A DNA stretch of 64,000 nucleotides, taken from NCBI RefSeq assembly GCF_009914755.1, contig NC_060938.1; one strand, 5' to 3'. Below are positions 57,955-64,000 of this stretch, piece after piece. How positions within the stretch are numbered: the stretch's first letter is position 1; every line of letters starts with the position of its first letter. The notes beneath the pieces were generated by a model. That model did not search any database. It worked only from the letters and a program-made list of their open reading frames with translations, and was not told the origin of the DNA. The DNA comes from the human T2T-CHM13v2.0 reference genome, Homo sapiens. The position numbers were made by a program, and so were the translations under genes.

Positions 57955-58737
57955 CTGTAATACTTTTATGAATGGGTGTAGTCCTCTCTTCTCAAGGTCC
58001 CCAAATATCTTGAGGTTCCTGGGCCCGTCAGAAAGTGACATTCTTTACTTCTTACCACAAGGACAGCAAGTTTGTAAAGGATCCTTGTAGACAGGACATC
58101 AAGCCAGTCATTCTAAGGGGCTTTGTATTGGTGCTATAAAGTCAACCTCAATTCCTTAAAGTGGTCTGGTTGTATCTGCCATTCAAGTTAAAGCCTTGAT
58201 AAAACAAACAGTGTCTCCAATTGAATCTTGTTACCAAAAACAGATTCTTATTGAAATTATGCAAATAATTATATTGCCATAATTTAAGAATGTTCACGAA
58301 TGGCTTCTGAATTCTGGAGAAATCAACTAGAGAGACAGATAAATGGCTCAAATTTTTGTTCACAATGTAGTTTATCTAATGTATTGTAAGTTAAAAATAG
58401 CTGAAAAGAAAAAGATTCTTGACTTCGGAAAACAAAACATAAAGAGAATCAACAATGTTTCCAATGGAAAGGCCATGAATAAAATCTTTTCCTTCTTTTA
58501 TAAGTTCAGTCCCATGTAACTACATCTTGTCCTGCTTGATTTCAAATAGCAATTCTCATTCAGTTTTTTGTGTTTTGCTTGATTTCAATTGGAAATTCTC
58601 ATTCAGCTTTTTAGAGTCCTGGAAGATTTTCCTAGTCCAATGATATGATCCCCAAAGTTATCTGAAACCATATTTAAGGGAACTTGTCAGAGTCCTTTCC
58701 ATTAAAAGTAATTTAGATGATAGCTGATTGTAAAGAC

Positions 58738-59059
58738 TTTTTTTTTTTTTTGAGACACGGTCTGGCTCTATCACTCAGGATGGAGTGCAGTGACATGATC
58801 TTGGTTCACTGCAATTTCTCCCACCCAAACTCAAGCCATACTCCTACCTCAGCCTCTGAAGTAGCTGGGACCATAGGCATGCACCATCATGCCTGGCTAA
58901 TTTTTGTATTCTTGTAGAGAGAGGATTTTACCATGTTGCCCAGGCTGCTTTAAAACTTCTGAGTTTAAGCAATTCACCCACCTCGGCCTTCCAAACTGCT
59001 GGGATTTTTACACGCTTGAGCCACCGTGCCCTGCACGGCCTCCAGCACCGCGCCCAGCC
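58738..59059 (-). mobile_element. AluJ/S-like
   Basis: Antisense dimer with a duplicated 5' end (ccaccgtgccctgc...caccgcgcccagcc). Confidence 0.85.
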
Positions 59060-59428
59060 TGTAAAGGGTTTTAGAGAAGAACTTTAAACAATCACTGTGG
59101 ATGACGAAAACTTAGAAGAGCCTTTGGTTAAAATCCAGTGGAAGTTCTCAACTGGCGAGGAAATTTAGTTATTTCTATTATATGTAGCATTTTAAGATAA
59201 CAGCCAGAATCATGACTGACGGCAACACATCAGATCCATCAGACTTCCACAAATTTTATATAATCTTTAGAATATTTATATTAATAATATATCTATACAT
59301 ATACAACTTTAGAGAATATTTAACATCATCAAAATTATCACTGATACATATCAGATTTTTATAATTTATATAACATTTAAAATATTTATATTAATAATAT
59401 ACCTATAAATGTAATCAAAAGAAGATTT

Positions 59429-59725
59429 AGGCCAGGCACAGTGGCTCATGCCTGTAATCCCAACACTTTGGGAGGCCAAGTTGGACAGATCATCAGAGGT
59501 CAGGATTTCGACACCAGCCTGGCCGACATGGAGAAATCTTGTCTCTACTAAAAATACAAAATTAGCCGGGCGTGGTGGCATGTGTCTGTAGTCCCAGCTA
59601 CTTGGGAGGTTGAGGCAGGAGAATCACTTGAACCTTGGGGCAGAGGTTGCAGTGAACCTAGATCATGCCACTGCACTCCAGACTGGGTGACAAAGCAAGA
59701 TTCTGTCTCAGAGAAAAAAAAAAAA
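59429..59725 (+). mobile_element. AluS
   Basis: Full dimer. TSD aaaagaagatttag. Confidence 0.9.
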
Positions 59726-59849
59726 GAAGATTTAGTGTTACTTATCTTTTGGCAATGCTTGCCATACAATGTTATCAACTAAGTTTTAGCAAAGATGTCA
59801 AAAAATTGAAAACATTTGACCAAAACAGAATGACAGTTTATTGTTTTTA

Positions 59850-60146
59850 ATTTTATTATTTTTTTGAGACAGGGTCTCACCCTGTTGCCCAGGCTGGAGT
59901 GCAGTGGTGAAATCATGGCTCACTGCAGCCTCAACCTCCCAGGATCAGGTGATCCTCCACCTTAGTCTCCCAAGTAGCCAGGACTATGAGCACGTGCTAC
60001 CACACATAGCTAGCTTTTTTATTTTTAGTAGAGATGAGGTTTTGCCATTTTGCCCAGGCTGGAGTTGAACTCCTGGGCTCAACTGATCCACCCACCTTGG
60101 CCTCCCAAAGGGCTGGAATTACAGACATGAGCCACTGCACACAGCC
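59850..60146 (-). mobile_element. AluJ-like
   Basis: gagacagggtctcac...tcatggctcactgcagcctcaacc...ctcctgggctcaac. Confidence 0.88.
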
Positions 60147-61278
60147 ACATGTCATTTCTAAATAACAGTCATTCATTTAATTAGCATGACAACCAAAAGA
60201 CATCAAAAGCAACATAGAAGGTTACATGGATGTGAAAACTGAAAACCCTCAGTTTTCCCAAGTAATTAAAAAAAAATAAAGGCAACACATGGATTATCTT
60301 GATAAAACCTAAAATCTTTATTACAGGCCAGTCATTTAAAGGGTAAAACTCCTGTGGCATAACTGTGTCTTCTTATGGGAAGCTAATTTAAATCACTTGG
60401 AAGTCAATTCCGATGACAAGGAGACTTTAATTTAATTAGACATAGAGTGTGTCCAGGGTCATGAGTGAGCATAATATTACAAAGGAATGTAAACAGGAAA
60501 ACCACAGCATAGAGCAGTGGGGATCCATAGCTCACAATGATAGCATGGAAGTTTCCTGGTTACATGAAGTAATTAAGACATATTTAAAAGCCAAGAGTAC
60601 AAAATTAGACCTGATGAAAAAGCTGAAGGAGTTATCATCCCAGCCAAGCAGGAAACCCAAGCCTTTTATTCCTTCACAAGAAGGAACAGGAGACAGTGAT
60701 GTGATCTGTGAGTCATGTGTAACATGAAAGTACAGGAGAAGTTGAACTTCTGATATACAAATCTGAAAAGTTTTTATAGTAATAGATTTCAGGATTAAAA
60801 GTCAATATTTATTACCTCTTCTTATGAGCAAATAAATACATTAAGAAAACCTTGTTGTTTTAACCAAAATTTTTAGTATTTTATCACTCTTTTTAATATT
60901 ACAGCTAATTTAAATAAACTTTATAAACAATCTATCTGATCTCAATCAGTTTTGACCTCGATGTAAGATTTACATAAACTTTTAATAACCTTGTATAATT
61001 TTTTCATCTTTCCCAACTTTTTATACACATTTAGTTTTATCTATCTTTTTTATTCCTTCAATTTAAAATAATCCTTAAAAATCTCTAAGCGAATTTACTT
61101 TCTCTGAAACAAAAACCGGTATACATTTTGCATACAGAATTGTTTCTCTTGTATCTAGTAGTCTTAATCACATATATCTACCAAGATATTAACACTTAGT
61201 AACCCTTATTTTAATAAAAAACCTAGGAAGCAAGAAATCTTGAATTGTCATATAGCAGTATCTTACATATGAGAATAA

Positions 61279-61611
<333 letters not shown>

Positions 61612-61690
61612 TAAGTTTTAAATTGGAAATAACCCAGATATTTAATGAGTATCTATTATTTAATTTAACATAACTAAAATTTCAAAAATA

Positions 61691-61968
61691 GGCTGGGCAT
61701 GGTGGCTCACACCTGTAATCCCAACACTTTGGGAGGCTAAGACAGGAGTATCATGAGACCAGCCTGAGCAAAATAGCGAGACGCTGACTCTACAAAAAAA
61801 ATAAAAGTTAGCTGACCATGGTGGTGCATACCTGTAATTAACAGCTACTTGGGAGGCTGAGATGGGAGGATCCCTTGAGTGCAGGAGGTCAAGGTTGCAG
61901 TGAGCTGTGATCATGCCACTGCACTTCAGCCTGGGTGACAGACAGAGACACTGTCTCAAAAAAATTTC
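61691..61968 (+). mobile_element. AluJ-like with an internal deletion
   Basis: The left monomer lacks ~20 nt. TSD aaaatttcaaaaata. Confidence 0.85.
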
Positions 61969-62440
61969 AAAAATACATTAAGATGTCTTGTATAGACATT
62001 TATCCATTTACATTTACTTATTTTTGACAGTTTATCTAGAGTATTTGTGAGAACTGAGGTATTAGACAAAGCTAGTCATCATTTCTAGGTTATTTTATTG
62101 TTAACCATGTTATAGCCTGTGAATATCAGGTGTTCACATAAGTGAGGACTTCAAAGTTAAATACATGGGTATTTTACCAATAACACAGAAAATTCCATTA
62201 TTTTTGTTCAACAAACCATATTAAATTGGTCTTATGTATTTAAAAAATCACATAAACAAATATTCTTTTTTTTCCTGTGTTTACAGCTTTATAACCTTCA
62301 TGCCAAACCCTAGCATCTTAAAATATCTAGCAAATGTAAATATAAAACACAGAAATGTATGCTGACAATTCTGAAGACATTTCTATTTTTATTTTATCAA
62401 TACTTTTTAAATTATTTGTATTTATAAAAGAACTCTTTTG

Positions 62441-62755
62441 TCTGGGCACAGTGGTTCATGCCTGTATCCCAGCAGTTTGAGAGGCTGTGGCAAGAGGATC
62501 ACTTGAGCTCAGGAGTTTGAGACCAGCCTGGGCAACATAGTGAGACCCAATCTCTACTAAGAATAAGATAAACAATTACCAGGCATGGTGGTGCATGCCT
62601 ATTGTCGCCTCTACTAGAGAGGATGAGGCAGGAGGATTGCTTGAGCCTGGGAGTTTGAGATAACAGTGAGCTATGATCCCACTACTGCACTCCAGTCTGG
62701 GGAACAGATTGAGACCTTAGAGTGAGACCTTGTCTCAAAAAGACAAAAAAATAAA
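62441..62755 (+). mobile_element. AluJ-like
   Basis: gatcacttgagctcaggagtttgagacc...ggattgcttgagcctggg. Confidence 0.85.
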
Positions 62756-62995
62756 GAATTGTTTCATTCTTTTGTTTTTCTTCAGCCAAGTAACCTTGAA
62801 TTGGTAACACCACAGACAGTAAGTCTTATCTCAACACCAGTAGACAAATCAGCAGATTCAAAGTAGGCAGGGAAATAAAAAGATAGGCAAAAGAATTGAG
62901 ACTTTTTCATTTTAGGGTTTTTAAAAATAGTAACTATTTGAGTTCTGAATTTTCTTTCATGTAATTTGGCCGTCAGGTTTAAAGTGTGCACTAGA

Positions 62996-63290
62996 GGCCA
63001 GGTGCAGTGGCTCATTCATGTAATCCCAACACTACGGGAGGCTGAGGCAGGTGGATCACTTGAGGCCTGGAGTTTGAGACCAGCCTGGCCAACGTGACAA
63101 AACCCCATCTCTACTGAAAATACAAAAATTAACTGGGTGTGGTGGTGTGCACCTGTAGTCTCAGCTATTCAGGAGGCTGAGGAAGGATAATCGCTCAAAC
63201 CTGGGAGGCGGAGGTTGCAGTGAGCCGCGATTGTACCACCATACTCCATCCTGGGCAACAGAGCAAGACTCTGTGTCAAAAAGAAAAAGA
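62996..63290 (+). mobile_element. AluS followed by (TA)n
   Basis: Full dimer with a (TA)n tract at 63291-63315. Confidence 0.9.
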
Positions 63291-63317
63291 ATATATATAT
63301 ATATATATATATATACA

Positions 63318-63604
63318 GGCTGGGAACAGTGGCTCATGCCTGTAATCCCAGCAGTTTGGGAGGCCAAGGCAGGTGGATCACTTGAGATCAGGAGTTTGAG
63401 ACCAGCCTGGCCAACATGGTGAAACCTCATCTCTACTAAAACCACAAAAATTAGCCGGGTATGGTGGTGCACACCTGTAATCACAGCTACTCAGGAGGCT
63501 GAGACAGGAGAATTGCTCGAACCTGGGAAGTGGAGGTTGCAGTGAGCCAAGAACACAACACTGTACTCCAGCGTGGGCAACAGAGTGAGACTCTGTCTCA
63601 AAAA
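63318..63604 (+). mobile_element. AluS, in tandem behind the previous Alu
   Basis: Full dimer directly after the (TA)n tract. Confidence 0.9.
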
Positions 63605-63606
63605 CA

Positions 63607-63618
63607 TGTGTGTATGTG

Positions 63619-63651
<33 letters not shown>

Positions 63652-63665
63652 ATGTGTGTGTGTGT
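63607..63665 (+). repeat. (TG)n microsatellite, interrupted
   Basis: About 29 TG units with a few TA/TT interruptions. Confidence 0.95.
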
Positions 63666-64000
63666 GGCTAGAATGGTCCATAATATATAGCCAGCTCCAG
63701 TCCCAGAAAACCTAGCAAGCTTAAGGTTAGAGCTTCTCATTTTGGCCTTTTCAAGATTAATTCTCGTTTAGTAAGCCCTTCCCCTCTAGGGAGGTACTTG
63801 CCGGAGCGCTGCCTGAAGTTGGTTTTCTGATGCCCTGTTGTTTCTGTTCTGAATGGTTTATTTCTCATTATAAGAGCTCAGCAAAGCAGGCAGAGTTAAA
63901 AAGCAGAGACATGAAGGCTTTAAAATCATGGACTTCACTCCTACACTGAATCTCAGGTCCCCGGAAAGACAGAAACACCATGGGACCACAGCAAAGGCAG

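Noticed and set aside
59225-59410. Imperfect ~115-bp AT-rich tandem duplication
   Set aside because: It is low complexity and probably part of the ERV internal consensus, with no sign of function.

Overview
Primate (human-like) genomic DNA. The context resembles a segmentally duplicated acrocentric short-arm or pericentromeric region. Bases 1-14274 are the end of a near-perfect 64-bp tandem satellite (about 223 monomers, 75% purine on the + strand). I recognise it from memory as WaluSat. The array stops abruptly against a truncated L1. Next come old L1/LTR fragments and three frameshifted 3' exons of an ANKRD18/ANKRD20A-family pseudogene. A complete MER57-like ERV1 provirus spans 26303-40648, with both LTRs, a GAAC TSD, a tRNA-Leu PBS and a PPT. 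It contains nested insertions: a MER52-like LTR, a full-length L1PA3/4, several Alus and a ~36-bp minisatellite. Further on are an LTR10-like solo LTR, a CpG-rich promoter with ZNF143/YY1/NRF1-like motifs, and an old L1 split by Alus. The window ends in a minus-strand ERV remnant with a decayed env, interrupted by an L1 whose 5'UTR has an exact splice junction (a SpIRE). No intact protein-coding gene is present, and I see no convincing wholly new biological system. The most noteworthy observations are the spliced L1, the variant-defined higher-order structure of the satellite, and the minisatellite expanded inside the provirus. Repeat subfamily names come from recalled consensus sequences and need confirmation with RepeatMasker/Dfam.
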